A DNA stretch of 62,951 nucleotides, counting the filler, from Hyphochytrium catenoides (taxonomy: Eukaryota; Protista; Hyphochytriomycota): the NCBI GenBank assembly GCA_900088475.1. It is 9 parts of 9 records of this genome, joined end to end, with 100 filler letters (N's around TTAATTAATTAA, not from the genome) between each part and the next. Parts side by side here need not be neighbours in the genome. Positions count along the whole stretch, not along the records: positions 17,564 to 31,112 come from FLMG01002891.1; positions 31,213 to 35,823 come from FLMG01001139.1; positions 35,924 to 38,354 come from FLMG01003776.1; 6 more parts are not named here. The stretch is one strand, 5' to 3'. A program made the translations under genes and the position numbers. Below the pieces are notes generated by a model. It was not told the origin of the DNA. It saw only the letters and a program-made list of their open reading frames with translations, and did not search any database. Positions 24,701 through 36,980 of this stretch are shown in pieces. How positions within the stretch are numbered: position 1 is the first letter of the stretch; each line of letters starts with the position of its first letter.

Positions 24701-26158
24701 GAAGAAGACGAAGAAGAAGAGGAGACTGACACTGACGGCTCCGATTCAGAAGAAGAAGAAGGGGGCGGCTTTCTATCCAGCGCCCTCAAACTGATGTTGC
24801 GGACTGAGTCTTCCGCGTCAACTGCGCCGGGTAATGACTCTTCCAGCGTAAACTCTGGAAGCACTGTTACCTCTTCCTCGATGTCCTCGTCCGCAGCCGC
24901 GGGTAAGCTAAAAGGAGACAGCCCAGAGTTAGGCATCCTCTACGAAGCTCCACCAGATGAGGTCCACTCCCTCTTCCAGCAGAAGAACATATTAAGCCTG
25001 CAGCAAACCTTAGATGCCAAAGCGGCCGTGGCTCCTCCTCCTTCCCCTTCACGACTCCTCAGACGCACCCAGTCTAAACAAGACGACGAGGATGAGGAGA
25101 CTGAGATGGCACCACTGAGTTCAGGCAGTGTGCACTCTAAAGAAGGAACGGCCAAAAAGCTAGATAATTACTCGTTGGAAGCAGAGAAGAAAAGAAGCCC
25201 TGCTCCGTCGGTGACTGTCCTGGACTTCATGGTCGATGAGCTGGTGTACGGCCGATCGGATGGACAAATTGTCATATGGAACCTGGCGATCATGAAGATT
25301 CTCAGGCAGATTCCAGCTCACTCTAGCGCTGTCACATGCCTCCAGATGGACTCTTCTCGGGTTATCAGCGGCGCTACCGACGGCAGTGTCGTCGTGTCCG
25401 ACATTACGACCGGTAAGGATGGACACTGACAGCCATCTCTTCCAGGCCCTCTGCTTTGTAGACTCACCACTTCGTCCCTTCTACTCTACGGCTGATTGTG
25501 CAGGACAAGTGCTGCAGACCATTCGAGCTCACTCCTCCAGGATTCTGGCTCTTCAGTTTGACACTTCCTTCCTTATCACCGTTTCCGCTGATGGCGATGT
25601 TAGGCAGTGGCTCCTGGCCGGAAAGAAAGAGACCACGCGCCCACGATATCATTTGCTGGGTGAGTTTCCGCTCCTCTTCCCTTCACCACGTTCGTCCCAT
25701 CGCTCCAATAACAAAGAATTTGTTGTCAACGACTGCCAGGCACTTCTGAGTCCATCAAGTCTGTTGCCCGGCTCTATAAGATGAAGCTCTCAGACTTGCT
25801 GAAGTTAAACAGTGTCATAGACATCAAGCGAGATATCTACCCAGGGAAGAGGCTCATTGTTGCCAGAGGAGACGAGGCATCCTTCTGTCTAACGGAAGGA
25901 AGCGCATCAACTGTTACTGGCACGTCAGCGTCCGATAGCAATCATCATCATTCAAAAGGGGTCTCCGCGGCATTAGGACTCCTGCGGATAGAGGAAGAGG
26001 CCATCCGTGACATAGAACAAAACAGCGAGAAGCAGCAGAGGAAGCTGCAGAAGCGGTTATTGAATCGTCAGCGTGAGGAAGAGGCAGAGTATGAGAGGCA
26101 GAAGATGCGTCAAACTTCAGTAGAGGCGGAGGAGGAGGAAGAGAGCGACAAAGAATAG
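17589..26158 (+). CDS. giant multidomain protein, 5'-truncated: coiled coil - UBZ-type CCHC finger - 2x fibronectin III - coiled coil with 3 unnamed repeats and Sfi1-like W motifs - TPR - WD40 propeller - LysM
   Basis: About 16 exons join in phase through GT-AG introns. CPNC-x11-H-x3-C; FN3 (PPNPPTDLQVVAVTSCSVSLRWKPPILDGGDEIFDYVITY; PPSSPQFL..IDFAWQEP..IQEYILSF); TPR (LARALQLGKKYSAAMVHLERA..GQAESLLALGELL); WD40 (GHTKTITCV..ITGSADESIRLW; AHYRSITAM..LATGSADGIVRFW; AHSSAVTCLQ..ISGATDGSVVV); LysM at 25644-25861. Confidence 0.88.
19777..19872. repeat. higher-order microsatellite [GAGA(CT)7-8] x5 inside an intron
   Basis: GAGA at 19777, 19797, 19815, 19835 and 19855, each followed by (CT)7-8. Confidence 0.92.
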
Positions 26159-27560
26159 AAGGTCAATAGAGACATAGAAGAAGGCTACTAATCGTTTGAT
26201 CAGTGCGGAGAAAGTGTTGCCCGTAGGATCTTAGATGACACACAGGCGCTATGGTGACCACCGAAAGAGAGAAGCGTTTCCGTGTTATCGAAGAGCAAGC
26301 AACTCGCCAGTCTAACAAGTAGAGATAGAGGGTCCTCTCTTTTAAACCACGTCTATTCGAGAAGCTCTCCCTGCGTCCATCAGCTATAACTACAGACCTC
26401 GTAGCTGTGGAACTGGCGTTGCATTCCAAGCATCCACCGCTCGTGTCTCCGTGCTCTCTCGCCTCCCTGTCTGTCTCTTTTGTCTTTCTCCTCTTGTTGC
26501 CAGTGTCTAGTATGCCCTCTCTTCCTTCTGCCTCTCACACTCTCTCTCTCTCTCTCTCACATCCGCTGTCTACAGGCACGCGGACGTTGCCTTTGCGGGC
26601 TTTCTCCTGTCTCTCCGGTGGACACTGACGGAAGAGTTCCGTCACGGTGCGCTGCTGATGGAGGCCTGACAGCGACGGTCTACGACGAGTCAGAGCGCGA
26701 CTGCTGCAGCGCTTGTGGCTGTTGGAAGAGACGGTCAGGCGATGGTGCTGGGCAGCAGGAGATGGCCGCGGATGGACAAGGGCGAGCGCCAGGCACATCG
26801 GGCGCCGCCATCTCCTAAGCAGGCAGGCGGATAGATCGTAAGAAGCAGCATCAGCCGAGCGATCCAGAACGAAACGCCAAATGATGCTGAGACCCAAGAA
26901 GGGCAGAGACATATTTGATTATCAATGGTTGTATGCTATGAGTTATCACTAGGTCAATGTCACTTGTCACTTGAGAAGGTTGTCCGATGGATGATGTTCT
27001 GATTGCCGCTGAGGATCCTGCCGTGAGCCGATCATCATCTTCTCAAGCTTCCGCTTTCTTTGGCATTGGATCGGCCCCATCTGAGCTGTCGGCTGTCTGT
27101 CGGTCGGATGGACCTGGTCGGGACCACCTGCTTGAGATCAAACTCTCAAGAGACCCAGAAGAAGATATGAGCTGTTGGACACGCGCTTGAAGACAGCCAA
27201 GATACGAGTGAACTCGGACAGCGAGGCATGGCCGGTGATGAAAGCCAAGGTTGGCCCGGACTAACGAGACCTAAAGTGCTGGCAGAAGAATGATGTGCTG
27301 ATCACACCACTACATGATCTCAATCTGTTCTTGCACTGCTGTGCATTCCGCCAATCATGAAGCGTTAGACGGTTCTTTCTACATCACCTTTGCGGTCCGC
27401 TAGGAGCCACGGTATCCTGGCTGGTTATCCTCCGTGCAAGCAAAGAATTATTTGTCGCGAAGAAGCTGTGGAGGACTGGACGTTCTACCAGGCCTGCTGA
27501 TTTGCCCGGAGGTACTCTATAGGTTGCCCTCGCCTCAGCAAGCGGGGTTATCACTCCTTC

Positions 27561-30500
27561 ATGGGCAACGAAGTAGCCCGCCCAATAGCCGGGCCATCCG
27601 GTCTAGGCGATGCCCCAGGGCTTAGTCCTCGTAATTCTAGTTCTGCACGGAGGGCGGGTGGATCACTTCGGCCACTGTCCGAGAGAGCTCAGCCGGTGAC
27701 GACAATTTCAAGACCGGAGGATCCGCGCTTCGACACCTGTAGGTTCTGAACATCGATGTTGGCTAAAGTGGCCTTTCGGTAACCTTTCTTATGCCAACCA
27801 TCTATCTAACCCTGCCAGTGAAGATCGTTATCCGAGGCGCTCGAGGCGTCGGCAAGACCAGTCTTTTACAACGATTGCAGGGGAAGAATATTCCTTCGGA
27901 GTACGAGGCTTCGCCACAAGTAGGGATTGCTAAGGTCAAATGGCGGCACAAGAAGTCAGGCGAGCGTGTCATGGTAGGTCCACTACCTCGAAGGAGATAT
28001 CTTGTATACCACATCTCAGTTAGCTTCTTCTCCGTCTGTTCTTCTGTCTCGCCAATCGCTGTGAGGGTAGTTGGATGTCTGGGATGTGGTGGACGAAGGA
28101 ATCATCACTCAAAGGGCTGCGGTTCCCAAAGGTTAGCAAGTCATGGACTTTGTAGACTTCTTCCAATCTAGCCGCTCACCAAACGTCTTTGGCCGCTCGT
28201 CCGTAGCAAGCGAGTTTCATAGTGTGCTGCCAGGTCATTATCAGATGGGTGAGTCGTTTGCTCTGCCGTCATGACCTTCACGTCCCAGGCCTTAACCGCG
28301 TCCGCCCACAGCTCCCTTAGACGCTAAACATGTCGACGTCTACTCTGGGGCACACTGCGTCATATTTATGTTCAAGATGAACGAGGTGCCCGTCAACTTC
28401 ATTGTCTGGCTCCTATCCTCATACAGTTCTCTCACATTGTTGATCACTCTCTCCATCTAGCCAGAAACCTTTGGCTACATAAGGGACACAATTAGCCGAG
28501 TGCCTGGACACATCCCTATTCTCATCATCGGAAACTTCAGGTCATTAGCCCTTAATTTTCCTCAGACAAGAGCGATTCTCACTGACTCTATACATGCCCC
28601 TTCATCTACGCTGTCGGACTCGCTTCTCTTCTGCGATAAACTTTATTGGGCTTGCCGTACTTGGCAGAGACCAGGCCGATGAGCCTGATGTTTGGCGTCA
28701 GAGGGTTCAAGACCTCTTTGCCTCCTTAGAAGACGAAGTTCTAAGCAACCCCTCACCTCTACCACTCACCTCACACCATCACTACTTAGAAGTTTCGTGT
28801 GCAGACTGCTTCGGGCTTAAGGTCTGGCGCTGGATGATCCATTTCCGTTCATCACTCTCCATGAGCTGTAACCTGCTGTCTCGCCTTGCTACCAGGCACT
28901 GCACAGCTATGTTGCCATACCTTTTCTGAAGCACAAAGCTAGTCGTCTCGCTCGAGAGCTGGAGATGCTGACCGAAGATCTTTCAGACTCAGAGCGTATT
29001 GTAAAGGAAAGAGTCGACGCTGAGGTGCGCTCGAAACTGAGTATTCGTTGTGGCACTATCTATGCACGCCCATACTGAGTCTAAAACAACTATTGTACAG
29101 AGCTATGAATCATTCGTTCAAACAATAAGGAACGAAACCCCGGCAAGCCAGCAAGCTGCTGAAGCTGATGAGATTAAACACGAGCGAGAGAAAGCAGACG
29201 TGGCAGCACAACCTTTAGAAGCACTGACAAGGTAAGTCCGGCGTTCCTCTTCAGGTCCAGGGGAAGCACAGTTCTCAGTAGTTGAACTGCTCTCTCCTAT
29301 ACTTTGCCCATTGGCACCAGGAATATATCTGGGGGTGAAGAAGGCAGCATACCAACTATGGAAAGAGAGGATTCTCAAACTACAAATGGCGGTGTAATGA
29401 ATAGCAGTAAAGCTGGCACTACGTCGAGGGGTAGCGGAGGCCTGGAGACAAGGAAGGCAGTAGAGAAGGATGCCAAGAGTAGTAGTAACTACGAGAAAGC
29501 GCACCTGTCGAGCGCTCCAAGAGCTCCCAGAAGTCCAGGTCCCGCTGGGCCATTGACCTTTACGTACTCAGGAGACAATCTAGATGACTTTCTGGTTGAT
29601 GTAGAGAACAAGACGGATCTAGATTGCTTCTACGCGTCAGATGAGGAAGACCGAGTGGATGGAGCTGTTGAGACTGACTCGACAATCTCTTCACCTCAAG
29701 GGCAACAGTCGTCCCAACAGACTAAGCTTGAGGCGGTAAAGGATGACCTGGAACAGACCATAGAGAAAACTTCTGCTGAGTTCTCGGATATTAGCAACGA
29801 GGAGAGCATGGTGCAAAACACTACCGAGGACGAGCCTTTACCCGGAGATGATGAGGATGGAGAAGAGGAAACCGCCTTATCGCACCATGGGAAAGCAGCT
29901 GCTGCAGAGGTCTTGGGACCACCAGATTATTCACCCAAAGATGGTCCAGCTTCGAAGTCATTGTCCCCTTCGCCTGACCAGGAGATCATTAGCGGCAACG
30001 ACACTGACCAGAAGAAGAAGAATGCTGACGACCAGAATTTAGGAGCTAGAAAGTCATCGCTGACCTTAACTTCCGGTAGCGAAGAAGTGGGCAGCGAGGA
30101 AAAGGAGATTGATAGTGAAGAGCCTAGAGATTTTTCAAAGGAGCGTTTTGAAGACTCTGAGCAAGGCCCTGCTGATCATCCTTCACCGCTGCAACAAAAG
30201 GGCGACAAACTGCCAACGTTACCCGGCCGTCCTAGTTCCCAGTGCGGCGAGACAGAAGTCTCCAGTGCTCCTCTCGAAGATCTAGGAACCTTTGTCCCTG
30301 GATTCGAGACCAGCGCACTGCAGGACTCTTTCTTTGAATCTGACGAGGATGGAGATGGTGAAGCCATGGAAGATGACACTAGCTCAGAAAAGCCTGAAAG
30401 GGAAGAGTGCATCGACTCTCCGCCTGAGAACGTTCCAAGGCCTACTTTGGATGCGAGAGCACCTGACCCACCCTCACTAAGCGAAATGACTGTCAAACTC

Positions 30501-30680
30501 TCAGATCCTGTGGCAGCTGCCATCGCTGCTGCAAGACTTGCAGCGGAGGAGATGCTTCAGGAGACATTACGGAACGAGACTTTGACAATTGATGCAGACA
30601 ACGGGGTGCAAGAACGCCGTCATTCCTATGTGTCCTCCTCCTCATCAGACGATGATGCTAAGACCTCAACGCAAACATAA
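27561..30680 (+). CDS. RABL6: Rab-like protein 6 (RABL6/RBEL1/PARF) with a long acidic disordered C-terminus
   Basis: Spliced MGNEVA...RFDT|LKIVIRGARGVGKTSLLQRLQG...|LDVWDVVDEG...PLDAKHVDVYSGAHCVIFMF...IPILIIGNFR|D...YLEVSCADCFGLK|ALHSYVAIPFL; KIVIRG, WDVVD and FGLK are RABL6 hallmarks. Confidence 0.9.
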
Positions 30681-31112
30681 GTGTAGAGCTTACACCTCTC
30701 ATAACTTTATTATTTAACTGAATCAGCATTATGGTTGTCTGCTGCTAAAGCACAGAGCACGAGCGCTCAGCGGGTGTTGAGAGCGTAGATGTGCAGGCTC
30801 TGTGCTGCTGTAGGGTCCGGAAAGCCTAATGAAATGCGAATGACCTAGCAACGTTGCTGTAGGAGATAGCCCTCCTACAAGCGCGCTGCTGCCACCTTGT
30901 GGTCATGATCTAAGGAGACGCCTTGTTTGGCGGACTGGCGCCTGTGCTTTTTAGCTACGCTATAGCCACGCGTCCGCTGGTTCCACATGCCTCTAGCGCT
31001 TGAAGGCCATCATTCTGTGGATATAGTCTGGGACTTCAGGCGGAGAGTATGGCATCTTTTCTGCCTCTGTAAATCTCGTCTCCATCTTGACTACGCCGGT
31101 CCAGAGTCTCTG

Positions 31113-31212
31113 NNNNNNNNNNNNNNNNNNNNNNNNNNNNNNNNNNNNNNNNNNNNTTAATTAATTAANNNNNNNNNNNNNNNNNNNNNNNNNNNNNNNN
31201 NNNNNNNNNNNN
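31113..31212. other. artificial contig linker
   Basis: Same 100-nt spacer. Confidence 0.97.
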
Positions 31213-31341
31213 GCGAGCGAAGGAGAAAGCAAGGCCTTCAGACACCCGGAAACAGACGTCACAGCGGCGGCGGCGGAGACAGGGGAATATAGAAATTGAG
31301 AGACAGCGAGAGAGAGAGGGAGAGACAGCGAGAGAGAGAGA

Positions 31342-31373
<32 letters not shown>

Positions 31374-31608
31374 AGGGAGGGAAGAAAGAAGAGAAGCCTC
31401 AGGATCAGAATCCTTCTTCTCCCCAACCTTCCACCATTCCTCCATCCCCTTGCCTGCTAACATTATTCCGGATCATAAGATCTAAATCCGAGGGGGTTCC
31501 TAATAAAGTATCTTATCATCACGGATACGACACTTTGTCCCAGATGTCAGGATTGTGCTGCTGCATTTTCCACTCTTTCCTCCTCCGCTGGCCCATGGCT
31601 AAAGGGGC

Positions 31609-31615
31609 AGAGAGA

Positions 31616-31661
<46 letters not shown>

Positions 31662-31702
31662 GAGAGAGCGAGCGAGAGCGCGAGAGAGAGAGAGAGAGAG
31701 AG
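31609..31702. repeat. (AG)n microsatellite
   Basis: Near-perfect AG tract. Confidence 0.9.
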
Positions 31703-32173
31703 GAAGGAAGAGCGGAGGTCCTCACAGCTGCATCACTGTCAAGGCCGGAAGTCGCAGGCTTAGAGGAAATCAGACGAGCAAAGAAAGCAAGATTACTTAT
31801 TATAGGGAAGGAGAGGGCGAGGTCATATAGCGGTAGATAGTTAGATGGGGGAGAAAAAGCATTGAGAGGAAGAAGATAGCTTGATGACCAAAAAAAATTA
31901 GAGCGCAGCAGCGGAGGAAAATTAGCTTGAGACAGACAGAGAAAGGGCCAGGGTGTACATTGGTCAGAAGGAGAGGCATAGAGAGACACGCTCCCGCTGG
32001 AGGCAAGTCATAGATTATTTCAGCGACAGCAGGGCAGAAGGTGAAGAGAGGTTGAAGCTGGTATTGACTTCATCATTGCTCTTCGATGCCTCTTGGCAGA
32101 CTGTCGTTCTACAATGGCAGGAGGAGGACACCGCCGTCTTCATCTTCTTCTTCTATTTCATCTCTTCTCTAGC

Positions 32174-32740
32174 CTACATTTCCTTCTTCTTAGGCTTCTT
32201 GGGGTTGCCCACAGCTAGCTTATAGATATAGAAGACAGTCATCAGCCCACTGGCGGCGGCAATGACGCCTGCAGGAAAGATTGCTTGCGTCTTTTGGTAC
32301 CGAAGCCCCATGACCGTGCTTAGGATGGTGGCTATCACTGAGGAAGAAAGAGAGAGAGAGAGCGAGAGAGCGAGAGAGAGAGAGAGAGAGAGTGAATAAG
32401 GTTCCTCACCAGCTATGTACGATAGATGCAAGGCTAGGACATTTGGCTATAGATCGAGCAAAGAACACGTGTTTGCAAGAGAGAAGAATCATGCTAACCG
32501 TGCACACCGAGGAGTGAAGGACGAGACTGGCAAATGAGGGTACAGACTCTGGCACGAGGGCCGAATTGAAGTATGGGAAAGGAGTGAAACATCACTTGGT
32601 GAGCGAGGGGAGGAGGAGGAGGAAGACTCTGACCGAGGAAGCGGAAGAAGGAGCGCTTGAGTGAGTAGAGTGACGATAGATACCGAGAGAGAGAGAGAGA
32701 AGAGACAACCAAAAAAGAAAGAGAGGGAGAAAGAAAGAAG

Positions 32741-32778
<38 letters not shown>

Positions 32779-33575
32779 AAGAAGAGAGTTCCAGAAGAGG
32801 ACCCTTTAGAGGACCTAAGATATTAGACAGTAAGACCTACCGAGACTGACACCGCTCCAGATCTTAGAAACATCGCCCCGTGCCGAGTACTCGCGGTAGC
32901 TGGTCACACAGCAATGTTAGGCAGACAGACGCCTTCCTTGTCAACAGTCATCACGCAGAAGTCAAAGAGAGAAAGAGAGAGTCTCTTCCTTATTTTAATC
33001 AGATGTAAGGGACAAGGAGAGAGACTGTCCCCTGTCAAGCATCAGTAAAGAAACCAAGAGAGAAGGAGAGAGATGAAGGATATAGAAGAAGGTGGGGGAA
33101 GATAGCTCCGTAGCAGAAGATGAGATGGGGAGTGTCAGGAAGAGATCTTAGGGTTGGCCCCACCTGGCAGAGCCTAGACTAATAAGGAACAAGCCCGATA
33201 GCCCTCCGGCAATGAGAGAAGCTAAGCTACCGCTCGTAAGGTATCCCGCAGCACCGCCAACGATAAGAAAGGCCCCATACTGGGTGTCCAGGGAGAGAAT
33301 GTGAGCCAAGAAAGAAGGAGAGAGAGACCGGGAGACAAAAAGAAAGAGAGATCGAAACAGGTAGAGAGCCATGGAGAAAGAGAGCCAAGGAGAAAGAGAG
33401 AGAGAACGAGAACAGAGAGGGACTCCACGAATCTTCGTAGCAATAATAGGGAAGCAAGGACGAACAGGTCCAAAGGAGAACAGCTGGGAGTTTGGAGAGC
33501 AAGACCTCACGCGAGGCGGGAAAGAGAATCCTGTGCGTTCGTCCTTACCGGGAGAGTCAGGCAAAAGTCATACAT
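32174..33575 (-). CDS. TMEM14: TMEM14 / FAX-family small membrane protein, 4 coding exons
   Basis: MYDFCLTLP|YGAFLIVGGAAGYLTSGSLASLIAGGLSG..|..SKIWSGVSL|VIATILSTVMGLRYQKTQAIFPAGVIAAAS..KPKKKEM*; C-terminal KKxx ER-retrieval motif. Confidence 0.92.
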
Positions 33576-34895
33576 TCTGCAGGCTCTTAAGATGCTCCTC
33601 TGATGAATTCCTTCACGTCGATGCTAAGCGATGGTCCGTTAGTTAGCTCGCTCGCAGAGATTTATAAGGTTGCACCAGGCACAGGCACTGCACTGTCCAC
33701 AGAGAGAAGACTCACCGGGCTATCACGGCGCTAATGACACTTACAACCTTGCTGCTTGAGCTCTCAAAGACTGTCGAGTCTCAACAAGAAACTCATCTGT
33801 CTCAGCCTTGTCCGGAGTTCATAAAGGCTGGCGGCGGTCTGTCTCTATAACAGAAGTGCCCTAGAACATACGCCAAACCCACCTCTGATGTTTTCCAATA
33901 AAGCGGCTAACGCTCAAATCTGCGCCTCTGAAAGGAGCGCTAACGGTCAGCTGTGCTCCGCTTACGGAAGCGGCAAACGGCTAGATTGCGCCAATGATGT
34001 ATCATGGATGAGAAAAGCCAGATGTGGTCTGTCAAGCTCAAGCTCAAGCTGAAGCTGCTTGTGAGACGCATTGAGCTATAGATTTTGATGCTGCCGGCGG
34101 TGTGCCTGCTGCTGCTGATCATGGATTGAAGTTTTGCCGCTGGCTGTCAGTGACGATGACGTTCAAAGTATCGCCTTTCTTGCCGCCTGCAGGTATCTAA
34201 TGCTAGCTGTCAATGACCCAGGCATTCACGGAGGGTCCGGGTCCACACCGATCGGGATCCTTGGCTTGTTGCCAACCCTTCCGGCTGCTCATGTATGAGA
34301 TACACCAAAGAGAAGTGGTCTTGCAAGGGTGGCCTGAAGGTGGCGCCCGCCAAACACCAAGGCTTTATGTGCGCGAAAGGGCTAAAAGCCGAGGACGACC
34401 AAGGCCGCGCAACCTGATGGCTGATGGTTTATGCCTTCAGGAGGCAACCTCCATAGCGTCTTGTTCCGTTGCGAGGCCAATGGGTTTATTAAATGGCTAG
34501 GGGGTTGTAGGCAGCACCGTTCTATAGAAGTGACGTTTATCTTGATGCGCATGACAGAGATAACGTGCTTCAATGCGTGCAGGGCAGCGGCTGAGACGTT
34601 GGGAGAGGCGGAAGGTCTTCAAGTAACCTGTTCCCCTGACATAAGACTGAACGAAGTGGTAGGTATAGACTTTGAACCCTTTGTTGAGCGCAAAGAGGCC
34701 CTCTGGGCTAGTCACTAGGGATAAGATGGTTCTTCCGTATACCTGGCCAGTTGTAAGAACTTCTAGCGGTTAGAGGCGGCAAAGCTAACCTAAACACAGT
34801 CATGACAGACGAATATTTTTACGGGAGGAAGGCCTGGCTCCGCCCTCTCTTCCGTCTCTTCGACAAAGAGAGTTGCTGACTAACAACCAACTCAG

Positions 34896-35707
34896 CCTTT
34901 GTTCCTGTCTCCTCCCCTTGGTCCCCCTTGAGAAATTGGCCGCCGCATTGGTGGTCGCACTCATTAGCATCTTCCCTTTGTGAGAAAGATGATGAGAATT
35001 GCTCGCTTACTCTCATTGCCATTCTTGAGGAATCATCATCTTAGCTATAGCAACTCTCTCCTTTCTTCCTATCGCCTCACTGCCTGCCGTCTCAGCTATG
35101 TTGATCTATATACGAATGCATCAAGGTTTGTCTACGATGGAGAGTGCGCTCACTACAGCCAAGTGGCAGAGGACATGCTGCATGAAGAAGGTTGGTAAGC
35201 AGCAGCTTGCACCTTAAGCAATGCACTGCCCTCGCTACCCACCAGAAGTGCAGGCAAGGCTGGTGCGACCCTTTGGCGGTATTCCTTACATCATCTACCC
35301 ACATGGATGGGAACAGGGCTAGCACAAGCCTCTGTCCCCTAGTGCCTTGCCATCTTCACCATCGCCATTCGCCGTGACCCCGCGACGTACGACATTCGCA
35401 CCGTCGCCGAGCCCAAGCCCTATGCTGCAGCAGCCACGGGCAACGACGGCCCTCGCTGTGTCAGAAATGCCGCCAATTGCTCTGTCGGAGCAGCCATCGA
35501 TTGCAAATGCCAAATGCAAGTGGTTCTTGCATTTTTGATGGTGTCGCAGACAGGTCGGCGCCTGACCCCACGACCTCCCAAGCCGAAGAACGGAATAGTG
35601 GCATCTATCCTACCACGCCTCCACGGTCTTCTTCTCCGTCTTATGAAGTGTCTCGTCCTGTCCTTGTCAGCAGTGGTAGTACTGTCGTTCGCCCTTGTAC
35701 GAGTTGA
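34896..35707 (+). CDS. probable short-intron gene of unknown function (5' exons uncertain, possibly from about 34000)
   Basis: In-phase exon chain LCSCLLPLVPLEKLAAALVVALISIFPF|YVDLYTNASRFV..DMLHEE|GKAGATLWR|ALPSSPSPFAVTPRR..|SAPDPTTS..RPCTS*; Ser/Pro-rich tail. The last predicted intron is only about 34 nt. Confidence 0.35.
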
Positions 35708-35823
35708 CTGAGTGACGAAACGAGTCCGTAGCTCCTACGGAACCATCGTTTGCTTGTTTCCTCATCAGCAAGCAGCCGTGTCGCTCTGGTTAGTGCTAGT
35801 AGGGCTTCCTAGAACTACTTACC

Positions 35824-35923
35824 NNNNNNNNNNNNNNNNNNNNNNNNNNNNNNNNNNNNNNNNNNNNTTAATTAATTAANNNNNNNNNNNNNNNNNNNNN
35901 NNNNNNNNNNNNNNNNNNNNNNN
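35824..35923. other. artificial contig linker
   Basis: Same 100-nt spacer. Confidence 0.97.
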
Positions 35924-36205
35924 AAAGGCACCATCACCAAGTCGTGGCCATCATGCAGCGTCTTGTGCCAGGCTTTAAGCCGGTTTGCATAGCGTACTCT
36001 ACAAGTCTCTTTATCGCGGGAGTAAGCTGGTGCTCGGGGCTTCAACACATGATTGCGAAGAATAGCCTCATAAGAGACGTAGTACAAAGCTTCCTCCTTT
36101 GGCCACAGATGTTGGGCAAGTTCCGACATTGACGCTGAATCTTTTGAAGTGTGTGGCTTATCGTCTGTGCTGAGATCGGCCGGCTATAGCTTTCTAATGT
36201 CCGGA

Positions 36206-36830
36206 TTAGAGTCCCTCTTGACGTCCGTCCTCGTCGTGTCCACTCTCTTCTTTATTTCCTGCTCCATCTGAGTGAACTGTCCTCACAGACATGGTCAGAG
36301 ATGATGGTGATGAGTTGTGATAGAGGACGACGGCGTTACCTTCTGTTGAACTTTATCGACGCAATCTCTGCCAACGACCAGCATTCTTGCAATGATAAGT
36401 GGGTCCTTGACATTGAAGGCGTGTTACACATAAGCACCGCGAAATAAGGATGAAGCTAGTCATATAAACGCACTGTCTCATTCCGCGCTTCCTCGAACTC
36501 TTTCCTCGCAGCTTCTCGGAGGACGCGACACCTAGAGGAGTTCGTTATAGTACCAAGGTCAACTAAAGTCTAAGAGCCATAAGAACCTGCAAAAGATGCA
36601 AGTGAATACCATGGAACTCCCTGGTCGTTCGGCCAATAGAAGGCTCTGGCTGTTCGGAGACACTCTCTATACAGTCGTAGCGCCTCAGCGTTAGGAGGCC
36701 GCTTCTGTCCAATAATCTTCTGAATCATCTGACGTGGTACGGTGTCCTTGACGTCGGTCCTGTCTTGTTTTATCCCTAACCTTCTCTCTTCCTGCTTCCG
36801 TAGAGGCAGCGTCTTCGACGAAGTGAACCC
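36206..36830 (-). CDS. LYR-motif (Complex1_LYR-type) mitochondrial protein; start codon not resolved
   Basis: Spliced ..NAEALRLYRECLRTARAFYWPNDQGVPW|CRVLREAARKEFEEARNET|DPLIIARMLVVGRDCVDKVQQK|..KRDS*; LYR plus the downstream F of RKEFE. Confidence 0.88.
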
Positions 36831-36980
36831 TGCTAACTCAGATCTTGAGTTCCCGTCCTGTGAGGAACGTACGTTTGATATGTCCCATAGCACGCAAGAG
36901 AGAGATGCTTTGCGCCCAGGATGATAGCTCTAAGAAGCTTTTAGCACGCGGCAACCTTTGGCGGCTTGGCTGGTTTCAGG

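Noticed and set aside
26430-27300. GC-rich ORFs between the giant gene and RABL6
   Set aside because: No consistent exon chain or motif on either strand; left unannotated.
28170-28206. Apparent in-frame TAG in RABL6 suggesting stop-codon readthrough
   Set aside because: That TAG is the true 3' splice site; the upstream sequence is intron.
34431-35200. Cyclin call for the short-intron gene (LVPLEKLAAALVVAL)
   Set aside because: Only a vague resemblance to a cyclin-fold helix; no cyclin-box motif could be assembled.
35924-36172. Possible 3' end of an ankyrin-like gene (RHHHQVVAIMQRL)
   Set aside because: Too short and truncated by the linker to support a call.
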